Positions 7,122 to 17,774 of a stretch of 64,000 bases of DNA are shown here, one piece after another. The notes beneath the pieces are model-generated. The model was not told the DNA's origin. It ran no database searches and saw only the letters and a list, made by a program, of their open reading frames with translations. Numbering within the stretch: the first letter of the stretch is position 1; each line of letters starts with the position of its first letter. The stretch is from the NCBI GenBank assembly GCA_021779095.1, contig JAJYBI010000008.1, forward strand, positions 42,971 to 106,970, read 5' to 3'. This stretch comes from Deltaproteobacteria bacterium (GTDB lineage Bacteria; Desulfobacterota; Desulfuromonadia; Geobacterales; JAJYBI01). Position numbers and translations under genes: made by a program.

Positions 7122-9497
7122 ATGTCGAAACTGTACGTCGTCGGGATCGGTCCCGGCGGGCTGAACCATATGACCTTCGCGGCGCGGGCGGCGCTGGATG
7201 CCGCCGACACGGTCGTCGGCTACTCTACCTATCTCAACCTCATCGAGCCGCTCCTGGCGGGGAAGGAGGTCGTCTCCTCCGGGATGATGCGGGAGGTGGA
7301 GCGGTGTCGCGAGGCGCTGCAGCTGGCGGCGGCCGGAAAGACCGTGGCGCTCGTCTCCAGCGGCGACTCAGGCATCTACGGCATGGCCGGGCTCGTGCTG
7401 GAGCTGGTGCGGGACGGCGGGTTCGACGGCGTGGAGGTCGAGGTGGTGCCGGGGGTATCGGCGGTGCAGGCGGCCGCGGCGGTCCTGGGGGCGCCGCTCA
7501 TGCACGACTTCGCGGTGATCTCCCTCTCCGACCTCCTGACTCCCTGGGAGCTGATCCGGAAACGGCTTAAGGCCGCGGCGGAAGCGGATTTCGTGGTAGC
7601 GCTCTACAACCCGCGAAGCAAGGGGCGGGTCCGCCAGATCGAGGAGGCGCGGGAGATCCTTTTGACCGCCCGGCCGGCGGAGACCCCCGTGGGGATCGTG
7701 CGCCACGCCCTGCGGGACGGCCAGGAGCGGATTGTCACGACCCTGGGGGAGATGCTCTCCCACCATATCGACATGTTCTCCCTCGTCGTCATCGGCAATT
7801 CCGCCACCTTCGTGGACGGGGAGGGGCGGATGGTGACGCCGCGCGGGTACGCCGCTAAGGTACAAGGCACAAGATCCAAGGCACAAGAGAACGGCGAACA
7901 AACTTCATCCTTCATCCTTCATCCTTTAGGCCCGTTCGGGTCTTCATCCCTTGCCGATAAAAAGTGCGCCGCACTTTTTATCGGAGGCACCGCCTCCGAC
8001 GTGGGGAAGTCGGTGCTGACCGCCGGCATCTGCCGTATTCTTTCGAACCGGGACTTAAGGGTGGCGCCGTTCAAGTCCCAGAACATGGCGCTCAACTCGG
8101 CGGTGACCCCGGAAGGTGGCGAGATCGGCCGGGCCCAGGCGGTACAGGCCCAGGCGTGCCGCATCGCTCCCCACACGGACATGAACCCGGTGCTGCTGAA
8201 ACCCAATTCCGACACCGGCAGCCAGGTGATCGTGCAGGGGAAGGTCGTCGGGAACATGTCGGTTACGGCGTACAACGGCTACAAGCCGCAGGCGTTCGAA
8301 CGGGTACGGGAGAGCTACGGGCGGCTCGCCGCCGCCCACGACGTGGTGGTCATCGAGGGGGCGGGGAGCATCGCCGAGATCAACCTGAAGGCCTTTGATA
8401 TCGCCAACCTGAAGGTGGCGGAGATGGCGGACTGTCCGGCGATCCTCGTGGCCGACATCGACCGGGGGGGCGTCTTCGCCCAGATCGTGGGTACCCTGGA
8501 ACTGCTGGAGCCGGCGGAGCGGGAGCGGGTGAAGGGGGTCGTCATCAACAAGTTCCGCGGCGACCCGTCGCTCCTCAAGACCGGGATCGAGTTCGTGGAG
8601 CGGCGCACCGGACTGCCCGTTCTCGGGGTGGTGCCGTGGTTCACCGGCTTCGTCATCCCGGACGAGGACAGTGTGGCGTTGCGACGAAAGGCGCAGGGCG
8701 CGGGGCGCAGGGCGCAGGATGAAAAGCTGCAGATCGGCGTCGTGAAGCTGCCGCGCATCTCCAACTTCACCGACTTCGACGCCCTGGAGGCGGAAGCGGA
8801 CGTGGAGCTCTCCTACGTGGAGACGCCCCATCAGCTGAAGGGGCTCGACATGCTGATCCTCCCCGGCAGCAAGTCCACCGCCGCCGACCTGTTCCACCTC
8901 ATGGAGCGGGGGTTCTTCCCGGCGATCCAGGCGTTCCGCGGGATGGTTGCCGGCGTCTGCGGCGGCTACCAGATTCTCGGTCACCGGGTGCTGGACCCGC
9001 AGGGGGTGGAGTCGGACATCCGCGAGGCGGAAGGGCTGGGGCTCCTGGATGCGGAGACGGTCCTCCTGGGGGAGAAGGCGACCCACCAGGCGACGGCCCG
9101 GCTGGCGGAGGGAGGCACGTCCATCTCCGGCGACGACGGGGAACTGCGGGGGTACGAGATCCACATGGGGGAGACGACGGTGGGACCCGGCTCCCGGCCG
9201 TTCGCCGTCATTACGAGCCGTTCCGGCTTAGCCTCGGAGCTGGCCGACGGCGCCGTGTCCCGCAGCGGCCGGGTCTTCGGCACCTACCTGCACGGCATCT
9301 TCGACAACGACCGGTTCCGCACCGACCTCCTGAACCGCCTCAGGCGAGAGAAGGGGCTGCGGGAGCGGAACAAGGTCGTGCCGTTCACCGATCCCTACGA
9401 CATGCTGGCCCGGCACCTGGAAGAGCACCTGGACCTGGAGCGGCTCTTCGCCATCTGCGGGATTTCCTTCGCCTCCCCTCCCTTGATGGGAGATTGA
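7122..9497 (+). CDS. cbiH-cobQ: Fused cobalt-precorrin-3B C17-methyltransferase (CbiH) and cobyric acid synthase (CobQ/CbiP)
   Basis: One uninterrupted reading frame. Residues 1-250 are CbiH-like (MSKLYVVGIGPGG...VVIGNSATFVDGEGRMVTPRGY). A roughly 40-aa low-complexity linker follows. The remainder is CobQ (FIGGTASDVGKSVLTAGICR; glutamine amidotransferase C-terminus GYQILG...HGIFDND). There is no in-frame stop and no plausible independent cobQ start codon. The track's 7074 start is a spurious extension; ATG 7122 is preceded by the conserved MSKLYVV. Confidence 0.8.
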   Translation: MSKLYVVGIGPGGLNHMTFAARAALDAADTVVGYSTYLNLIEPLLAGKEVVSSGMMREVERCREALQLAAAGKTVALVSSGDSGIYGMAGLVLELVRDGGFDGVEVEVVPGVSAVQAAAAVLGAPLMHDFAVISLSDLLTPWELIRKRLKAAAEADFVVALYNPRSKGRVRQIEEAREILLTARPAETPVGIVRHALRDGQERIVTTLGEMLSHHIDMFSLVVIGNSATFVDGEGRMVTPRGYAAKVQGTRSKAQENGEQTSSFILHPLGPFGSSSLADKKCAALFIGGTASDVGKSVLTAGICRILSNRDLRVAPFKSQNMALNSAVTPEGGEIGRAQAVQAQACRIAPHTDMNPVLLKPNSDTGSQVIVQGKVVGNMSVTAYNGYKPQAFERVRESYGRLAAAHDVVVIEGAGSIAEINLKAFDIANLKVAEMADCPAILVADIDRGGVFAQIVGTLELLEPAERERVKGVVINKFRGDPSLLKTGIEFVERRTGLPVLGVVPWFTGFVIPDEDSVALRRKAQGAGRRAQDEKLQIGVVKLPRISNFTDFDALEAEADVELSYVETPHQLKGLDMLILPGSKSTAADLFHLMERGFFPAIQAFRGMVAGVCGGYQILGHRVLDPQGVESDIREAEGLGLLDAETVLLGEKATHQATARLAEGGTSISGDDGELRGYEIHMGETTVGPGSRPFAVITSRSGLASELADGAVSRSGRVFGTYLHGIFDNDRFRTDLLNRLRREKGLRERNKVVPFTDPYDMLARHLEEHLDLERLFAICGISFASPPLMGD

Positions 9498-9545
9498 TAC
9501 GTAATACATTCCCTCCCCTTCAAGGGGAGGGGCAGGGTGGGGATG
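9470..9545. repeat. GGGAGGG-family palindromic hairpins
   Basis: cctcccctcccttgatgggag ... ccctccccttcaaggggaggggcagggtgggg, left flank of the DUF559 gene. Confidence 0.75.
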
Positions 9546-9552
9546 GGGTAGA

Positions 9553-9960
9553 ATGATGCAGGGGCAGACGAACGAGGACATCCTTGGCAAAGAACGGCCG
9601 CGAGCCCTCCGCAGGAGCATGACCGATGCGGAGCAGGCGTTGTGGCGTGTTCTCCGTGGCCGGCAGGTCTCGGGAGTCAAGTTCCGCAGGCAGCATCCGT
9701 TCGGCGATTACATCCTCGATTTTGTGTGTCTGGAGTTGCGCCTGGTTATCGAGGTCGACGGGGGGCACCATGCCGAACGCGCCGAGCGGGATGCCGTCCG
9801 TACGGCACACCTCCAAGAGGCAGGGTTTTGGGTGATGCGTTTCTGGAACCATGAGGTTCTGAAAGAGATCGAGGCGGTGAAGGAGCGAATATGGAACTCT
9901 GTGTCTAAGCGACTACCCCATCCCCACCCCGGTCCTCCCCTTGAAGGGGAGGAGGAGTAA
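9553..9960 (+). CDS. DUF559 (Vsr/RE-like endonuclease fold) domain protein
   Basis: 135 aa with typical DUF559 sequence (ALWRVLRGRQVSGVKFRRQHPFGDYILDFVCLELRLVIEVDGGHH). The 3' end runs into a GGGAGGG-type palindrome (C-terminus ...PLEGEEE). It is inserted between cobQ and cbiB. Confidence 0.75.
   Translation: MMQGQTNEDILGKERPRALRRSMTDAEQALWRVLRGRQVSGVKFRRQHPFGDYILDFVCLELRLVIEVDGGHHAERAERDAVRTAHLQEAGFWVMRFWNHEVLKEIEAVKERIWNSVSKRLPHPHPGPPLEGEEE
9915..9960. repeat. GGGAGGG-family palindromic hairpin
   Basis: ccccatccccaccccggtcctccccttgaaggggaggagg, right flank of the DUF559 gene. It is translated as ...HPHPGPPLEGEEE. Confidence 0.75.
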
Positions 9961-10922
9961 TGTTCCCGTTTCCAGATCGTAGTGTTGTGGTTATCCCCGC
10001 CGCCGTGCTGCTGGACTGGCTGCTGGGGGACCCGCGCTGGCTACCGCACCCGGTGGTGCAGATCGGCCGGCTGATCGCGTGGCTGGAAAGGCTGCTGCGC
10101 CGGTGCCGGCTGGACGGTCTTCTCGGCGGGGCGCTCCTGCTCCTTATCACCGTGGGGATCACGGCGGCGGTGACCGGTGGTGTCCTGTACGGGGCGCGGC
10201 TGGTCCATCCGTGGCTGGGGGACGCGGTGGCGGTCCTTTTCTCCTGGACCTGCCTCGCGGCCCGCTCCCTGCACCGGGAGTCGCGGCTCGTGGCCGATGC
10301 CCTGAGAAGGGGCGACCTGCCGGTGGCGCGGCGGTACCTCTCCTTCATCGTCGGCCGGGACACGGCGGAGCTGGATGCGGGGGAGTGCTGGCGCGGGGCG
10401 GTGGAGACGGTGGCGGAGAACGCTTCCGACGGGGTGATCGCGCCGCTCCTGTTTCTCATGCTCGGCGGGCCAGTTGCCGGGCTCGCCTACAAGGCGGTGA
10501 ACACCCTGGACTCCATGGTGGGGTACCGGAACGACCGGTACCTCCTCTTCGGCCGGGCCTCCGCCCGGTTTGACGATCTCTTGAACCTGATCCCCGCCCG
10601 GCTGACGGGGCTCCTCATGGTCCTCGTCGCGCCGTTCGTCGGTCTCTCCTGCCGGGGCGCCTGGCGGGTCATGCGGCGGGACGGACGCAACCACTCCTCC
10701 CCCAACAGCGGCATCTCCGAGGCGGCCGCCGCCGGGGCGCTGGGGGTACGGCTCGGCGGGACGAACCGGTACTTCGGGAAACCGGCCGAAAAGCCGACCA
10801 TCGGCGACCCGCTGCAGCCGCTGGGCCGCAATGCCTGGAGCGGCGCCGTGCGGCTCATGTACGGTGCGGAGATAGCGTTGCTGGTGGCATTGATGATCGT
10901 CCGAGTACTGCAAAACCTTTAA
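9960..10922 (+). CDS. cbiB: Adenosylcobinamide-phosphate synthase CbiB (CobD family)
   Basis: 320-aa membrane protein with CbiB motifs (SLDSMVGYRNDRY, NSG). An ATGT junction overlaps the stop of the preceding ORF. Confidence 0.9.
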   Translation: MFPFPDRSVVVIPAAVLLDWLLGDPRWLPHPVVQIGRLIAWLERLLRRCRLDGLLGGALLLLITVGITAAVTGGVLYGARLVHPWLGDAVAVLFSWTCLAARSLHRESRLVADALRRGDLPVARRYLSFIVGRDTAELDAGECWRGAVETVAENASDGVIAPLLFLMLGGPVAGLAYKAVNTLDSMVGYRNDRYLLFGRASARFDDLLNLIPARLTGLLMVLVAPFVGLSCRGAWRVMRRDGRNHSSPNSGISEAAAAGALGVRLGGTNRYFGKPAEKPTIGDPLQPLGRNAWSGAVRLMYGAEIALLVALMIVRVLQNL

Positions 10923-10923
10923 C

Positions 10924-11220
10924 GGAACACGGATCGAATCTGATGAACACGGATAACGTCTGATCAGACAAACAAATCGATCTCTGGACGCAGATAAACG
11001 CAGAAACAGCGGATTGTAAGGCAAATACATAGGGCAACGGCCAGGCATGTGAAACCAAATCCATTATCTGTTATCTTGCAGCATGAGGGTTAATCTGCTG
11101 TTTCTGCGTTAATCTGCGTCCCAAATCTTTACGGTTTAAATCCGTTTTGATCCGTGTTTATCAGATGTGATCCGTGGCCAACGGTTCTGGCTTTAATCCG
11201 ATTCTTTCGCTTTGATCCGC
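10924..11220. repeat. Low-GC MITE-like nested inverted-repeat element with an array of GATCCGTG motifs
   Basis: Outer arms cacggatcgaatctgatgaacacggata versus gatccgtgtttatcagatgtgatccgtg. Inner arms gacgcagataaacgcagaaacagc versus gctgtttctgcgttaatctgcgtc (24 of 26 match). About 85 bp of unique centre. Roughly 45% GC in a 65% GC context. Confidence 0.75.
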
Positions 11221-11283
11221 GCCTGCGCGCTAGAGCGCTACGGCGCGCAAGCGCGTCCCATTCGTATGCAGTTAAGGAATCCC

Positions 11284-12369
11284 ATGACTACAACCTTTGA
11301 CCATGGCGGGACGGTGTTTGCCGTTGCCCGTTCCCTCGGCGTGTCGCCGGAGGAGATCCTGGACTTCTCCGCCAGCATCAACCCGCTGGGACCGGCGCCG
11401 GGGGTGCGGGCGGCGCTTTCCGCCGCCTTCGACCGGCTCGTGCACTACCCGGACAGCGAGGCGACGGAGCTGCGCGAGACGCTGGCTGCGCACCATGGCC
11501 TCTCCCCGGACAACATCGTCGTGGCGAACGGCTCCACGGAGCTGATCTACCTGGCGCCGCGGCTCGCTACAGGGAAACGCGGGCTGGTCGTCGCGCCGCC
11601 GTTCTCGGAGTACGGCAGGAGCATCGCCCGCGGCGGCGGGGAGTTCGACTACCTGATGCTCTCCCCGGCGAGCGGCTTCGCCCTGGACCTTTCTGAGCTA
11701 AGGGACCGGCTGCGGTGGGGGTACGACCTGCTGTTCCTGGGGAATCCGGGCAATCCCACGGGCCGGCTCTACCGCCGGGCGGAACTGGAAGCGGTCTGTC
11801 GTCTGTGTGACGAGTTCGGGACCTTCCTCGTGCTGGACGAGGCGTTCATGGACTTCTGCGAGGAGGAGTCGGCGAAACGGCTCCTGGCGGGGTGGGACGG
11901 CGGACTGCTGCTCCGTTCCATGACGAAGTTCTACGGGATGCCGGGCCTGCGCCTCGGCTATGCCATCGGCGCGCCGGAGACCATCGGTCAGATTGCGGTG
12001 CTGCGGGAGCCGTGGAGCGTGAACACGCTCGCCCAGGTCGCGGGACTCGCGTCGCTGGCCGACGAAAGCTACCGTCGTGAGACGATTGACTACGTGACGC
12101 GGGAGCGGGAGGCGCTTTTTGCCGCGCTGGCGGCGCAGCCGGGGCTGCAGCCGTTCCCCACAGCGGCCAACTACCTGCTCGTTGCGATCGAGGATGGACC
12201 GCCGGCACCGGATCTCGCCCGGCGTCTCCTGGCGGACCGCATCCTCATCCGCGACTGCTCCTCCTTTGCCGGGCTGGGCGGCCGGTTCTTCCGCGTGGCG
12301 GTGCGGACGGCGGCGGAGAATGGGCGGCTGGTGGAGTGTCTTGATCGGATACTGAAGCGTGACGGGTAA
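11284..12369 (+). CDS. cobD: L-threonine-O-3-phosphate decarboxylase (CobD of Salmonella; class I/II aminotransferase fold)
   Basis: About 360 aa starting MTTTFDHGG, with the PLP-enzyme motif SMTKFYGMPGLRLGY. The track start at 11212 is upstream inside a repeat element; ATG 11284 is preferred. Confidence 0.85.
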   Translation: MTTTFDHGGTVFAVARSLGVSPEEILDFSASINPLGPAPGVRAALSAAFDRLVHYPDSEATELRETLAAHHGLSPDNIVVANGSTELIYLAPRLATGKRGLVVAPPFSEYGRSIARGGGEFDYLMLSPASGFALDLSELRDRLRWGYDLLFLGNPGNPTGRLYRRAELEAVCRLCDEFGTFLVLDEAFMDFCEEESAKRLLAGWDGGLLLRSMTKFYGMPGLRLGYAIGAPETIGQIAVLREPWSVNTLAQVAGLASLADESYRRETIDYVTREREALFAALAAQPGLQPFPTAANYLLVAIEDGPPAPDLARRLLADRILIRDCSSFAGLGGRFFRVAVRTAAENGRLVECLDRILKRDG

Positions 12370-12399
12370 CGCCTTGACGTTATGACGTCAAGGCGTTAA
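12368..12399 (+). promoter_or_regulatory. 13-bp-stem perfect palindrome (TTGACG-containing), candidate operator/promoter of the RHH-RelE/ParE module
   Basis: taacgccttgacg-ttatga-cgtcaaggcgtta, 27 nt upstream of the antitoxin ATG and directly after the cobD stop. Confidence 0.5.
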
Positions 12400-12425
12400 T
12401 GTTGAGGAGTAAGGAGGTGGCGAAC

Positions 12426-12668
12426 ATGGCGGTCACCCAGAATCAGACCAAGCGGACGACGGTGTATCTCGATCCCCAGCTCCACCGTGCCCTGAGCATC
12501 AAGGCACTGGAAACATCCCGCTCCGTGTCGGACCTCATCAACGAATCGGTGCGGCTCTCCCTGGCGGAAGACCAGGCCGACCTGGCGGCGTTCGAGGAGC
12601 GGGTGGCGGAACCGGCGGTTTCCTATGAGGCGGTGCTGAAGGACCTGAAAGACCGTGGCCGCATATAG
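12426..12668 (+). CDS. Ribbon-helix-helix (CopG/RelB-like) antitoxin
   Basis: MAVTQNQTKRTTVYLDPQLHRALSIKA... is typical of RHH antitoxins. An AGGAGG sits 7 nt upstream of ATG 12426, and the gene overlaps the downstream toxin by 14 nt. Confidence 0.7.
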   Translation: MAVTQNQTKRTTVYLDPQLHRALSIKALETSRSVSDLINESVRLSLAEDQADLAAFEERVAEPAVSYEAVLKDLKDRGRI

Positions 12669-12912
12669 CATCTTCTTCAAGCAGTCGGCGGTCAAGGAGC
12701 TCGACGACGTCCCGAAGAAAGACCTGGTCCGGCTGCTGGCCCGCATCGAGGCGCTGGCCGATGACCCGCGGCCGCCGGGGTGCGAGAAACTCTCCGCCCA
12801 GGAACGGTACCGCATCCGCCAGGGTAACTACCGCGTCGTTTATTCCATCGAGGATGCGGTCCTGACGGTCTGGGTGGTCAAGGTCGGCCACCGGCGCGAG
12901 GTGTACCGGTAG
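12655..12912 (+). CDS. RelE/ParE family type II toxin
   Basis: 85 aa (...RIRQGNYRVVYSIEDAVLTVWVVKVGHRREVY), the ParE/RelE C-terminal signature. Confidence 0.75.
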   Translation: MAAYSIFFKQSAVKELDDVPKKDLVRLLARIEALADDPRPPGCEKLSAQERYRIRQGNYRVVYSIEDAVLTVWVVKVGHRREVYR

Positions 12913-12915
12913 CGA

Positions 12916-15186
<2,271 letters not shown>

Positions 15187-15220
15187 GGTGTTGATCCTTT
15201 TTGAAATGCAAAAGCTTTAA

Positions 15221-15314
15221 CCACAGAGGACGCGGAGAGGCCCTGCGGGGACAAAAAAATTCCTCCCCCTTCAAGGGGGAGGGGGTTCTCTGGTTTCCTC
15301 TGTGTCCTCTGTGG
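15221..15314. repeat. CACAGAG inverted-repeat element, copy C, enclosing a GGGAGGG-type hairpin
   Basis: ccacagaggacgcggagagg ... cctcccccttcaagggggagggg ... cctctgtgtcctctgtgg. Confidence 0.8.
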
Positions 15315-15337
15315 TAATGCTTTGAAGATATTTGTAG

Positions 15338-16501
15338 CTACTGTCCGAGCCACTCCTGCAGCCCCTTTTCCGTCTCAGCCCACTTCGCGGTGAGCCGGTC
15401 GGCGAGGAAGGCGGCGAAGACGCTGTCGAACAGCTGCAGCCCCTTCTCCAGGAGGAGCATCCGCTCGTAGAAGGCCGCCTCCTGCTCGCTGGCGGCGTCC
15501 ACGGTGTTGTCCTTCTCGATCTGCACCGGCGGGGTGCGATAGGAGCCGAAGTGGAACGTCTCCCCCTTCAGGGTGAGCTTCCAGCTGTCGTCCCCCATCT
15601 CCAGGTGCAGGGTTGCCTCGGTGATCTTCTTCCCCCCCTGCAGGGCGGTGCGCACCTCGCCGAAACCGTCCTGGGAACCGGCCACGGTGACCTTCTGCGG
15701 GCCGTTCTCGCCGGCTGACTGCAGCACCATCCGGTCGTCCAGCCAGGCGGAGAACCCCTCGTTGGAGAGGGCCGGGCCGGCGGTGCGGACCTGGTATTCC
15801 TGCCTGCCGTTCACGGTGCGCAGGGTGAGCCAGGCGAGGAGGTCCCAGCCGAGCCACTGGTTGCTGCGGATCTGGTCCAGCGCCGCCTCGGTGGTGGCCT
15901 GGTTGGCCTTCTCCAGTTCGGGGAGGAGTTCCTCGCCGGCGACGGTTGCCGCCCGGGCGATGGGGTGCAGCGCCTGGAGCCTGAGTCCCCCGAAGGTCTT
16001 GGCGAAGAGGATCTCGAAGGTCTCCCGCGCCTTGTTCCCCAGGGAGGCGAAGGTGACGATCCCGGTGCGGGTGTCCCACACGGCGTCGAACATGGCCGGC
16101 GCCGGCAGGGTGCGGGACATGAGGGCGCCCCGCACCGCCTCCTTGATGTCCTCCCGCTTCTGCTTGGGGACGCGGGAGAGCCCCGGGCTCGCGGCGAGGA
16201 AGTCCTGCTCGGCGGAGCGGATGCCCGCCTTCAGGAGAGCCGCCGGGAGCTTGCGTTGGTCGCGGCGCAGGGTGAACGCCACGTAGTGGTCGCGCCAGAA
16301 GGCGGCGGGTGAGTCGAACACCGCCTCGCGGAAGTCGTCCAGGTGGACCCAGCCCAGCGACAGCTCGTCGGAGGTGGTCTCTATGGAGCTGAACCCCTGC
16401 TTGGGGAGGGATTCGGCGCACCATGCGTACAGGTCGCCGGGGGGAAGGTCGCCCGCGACCCGGTAGTGGCAGATGCTGACGGTATTGGCGAGGATGCCCA
16501 T
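15338..16501 (-). CDS. rdgC: Recombination-associated protein RdgC
   Basis: 387 aa, RdgC-like throughout (ESLPKQGFSSIETTSDELSLGWV...). Confidence 0.8.
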   Translation of the reverse strand: MGILANTVSICHYRVAGDLPPGDLYAWCAESLPKQGFSSIETTSDELSLGWVHLDDFREAVFDSPAAFWRDHYVAFTLRRDQRKLPAALLKAGIRSAEQDFLAASPGLSRVPKQKREDIKEAVRGALMSRTLPAPAMFDAVWDTRTGIVTFASLGNKARETFEILFAKTFGGLRLQALHPIARAATVAGEELLPELEKANQATTEAALDQIRSNQWLGWDLLAWLTLRTVNGRQEYQVRTAGPALSNEGFSAWLDDRMVLQSAGENGPQKVTVAGSQDGFGEVRTALQGGKKITEATLHLEMGDDSWKLTLKGETFHFGSYRTPPVQIEKDNTVDAASEQEAAFYERMLLLEKGLQLFDSVFAAFLADRLTAKWAETEKGLQEWLGQ

Positions 16502-16564
16502 ATCTGTTCTCCTTCAATTGATCGATGATACCTGTAGGGGCGCGCAGCATGCTGCGCCCTCGAA

Positions 16565-16700
16565 TAATACATGCTCCCTCCCCCCTGGCGGGGGAGGGTC
16601 AGGGTGGGGGGGACATCGTCATTATGGCGATACGCGGGTGCTTCACCCTCCCCCTCGCCCCCTCCCGTCAAGGGAGGGGGAACGTTGCCGGAAGGTCAAC
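16565..16700. repeat. GGGAGGG-family palindromic hairpins (two copies)
   Basis: ccctcccccctggcgggggagggtcagggtggggggg; ccctccccctcgccccctcccgtcaagggagggggaacg. Confidence 0.75.
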
Positions 16701-16755
16701 AGGGCACTATGGGATACACGTTTTGCAAGGGAGAGGCAAGGGATTTTTCGCCGGG

Positions 16756-17613
16756 TCACGGCACGCGGTAGCCGGCGCCGGATGCGGCGACGAGCCCCTC
16801 GGCGGCAAGCGCCTCCAGGTTCCTGGTGACCCTCTCCGCCGGCTCCCCCAGCCTTTCGGTGAGCTGCGCCGCCGTCCGGCCCGGTGCGGCGAGGATCTCC
16901 CGCAGGATGCGGCTCCGAAGCTCCCGGTTGGACCCCTTGAACAGCGACTGCCTCGCGTGGTGGGCGCTGCGCCGCCCCGGGTTGGGGAGCGTCTTCTTGA
17001 GCCAGACGCCGTAGTCCATGAGGGCGTAGAACCAGTCCCGCGGGTTGTCCCCGTCCAGCGTTCCCGCCACGAGCGGCAGCAGCTCCCGGTCGTGCACCGT
17101 GTCGCCGTCGTGGAAGAAAAAGTGGATGAAGACGGTGCGGATGTTGGTCTCGATGAACGGGTGCGCCTCGCCCCAGGCGAAGGTGGCCACCGCCCGGGCC
17201 GTGTAGGGACCGATCCCCGGCAGCTTTTCCAGTGCCGCCACGGACCGGGGAAATGCGCCGCCGTGGTCCGCCACGACCGCCTCCGCTGCCCGCTTCAGCG
17301 CCAGCGCCCGCCGGTTGTACCCGAGCCCCTGCCAGGCGGCCAGCACGTCGGCGAGTGACGCCGCGGCCAGTGCCGCCGTATCGGGAAAGCGGGCCAGAAA
17401 CGCGTCGTACTTCGTTCGCACCCGCTCCACCTGGGTCTGCTGGAGCATCACCTCGGAGACGAGGACCCGGTAAGGATCGCGGGTCTCCCGCCACGGCATG
17501 GGGCGGCCGTTTTCCCGATAGTGGCGGTAGACGAGGTCGCGGAAGGCGGCCACAACGTGCGGCGTGAGGCCGTCGGCGAGGTAGCGTTCCCTGATGGCGG
17601 CGTCGGTTTCCAT
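16756..17613 (-). CDS. HhH-GPD superfamily base-excision DNA glycosylase (EndoIII/MutY-like core without the Fe-S Cys cluster, C-terminal winged helix)
   Basis: Helix-hairpin-helix GPD motif (LEKLPGIGPYTARAV), 285 aa. Confidence 0.7.
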   Translation of the reverse strand: METDAAIRERYLADGLTPHVVAAFRDLVYRHYRENGRPMPWRETRDPYRVLVSEVMLQQTQVERVRTKYDAFLARFPDTAALAAASLADVLAAWQGLGYNRRALALKRAAEAVVADHGGAFPRSVAALEKLPGIGPYTARAVATFAWGEAHPFIETNIRTVFIHFFFHDGDTVHDRELLPLVAGTLDGDNPRDWFYALMDYGVWLKKTLPNPGRRSAHHARQSLFKGSNRELRSRILREILAAPGRTAAQLTERLGEPAERVTRNLEALAAEGLVAASGAGYRVP

Positions 17614-17667
17614 GTCCGCAGGGTACGGTGTTTACATAGCCTCGTCAACCCAGTCTGTCGAGCCGGA

Positions 17668-17750
17668 TTTCCTCCCCCTTCACGGGGGAGGGTAAAAAGT
17701 ATACCTTCTCCCTCTGGGAGAAGGATAGGAGGAGGGCCTAAGGGGAGGGT
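17668..17750. repeat. GGGAGGG-family palindromic hairpins
   Basis: cctcccccttcacgggggaggg; ccttctccctctgggagaagg; gggcctaaggggagggtg. Confidence 0.7.
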
Positions 17751-17774
17751 GAAGCCGATGCCTGCATGCGCCGC

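Noticed and set aside
2835-11283. Upstream ORF-track starts for cbiET (2835) and cobD (11212)
   Set aside because: The extensions run into repeat elements (a TIR and a GATCCGTG array) and add non-conserved residues. Conserved N-termini begin at 2871 and 11284.
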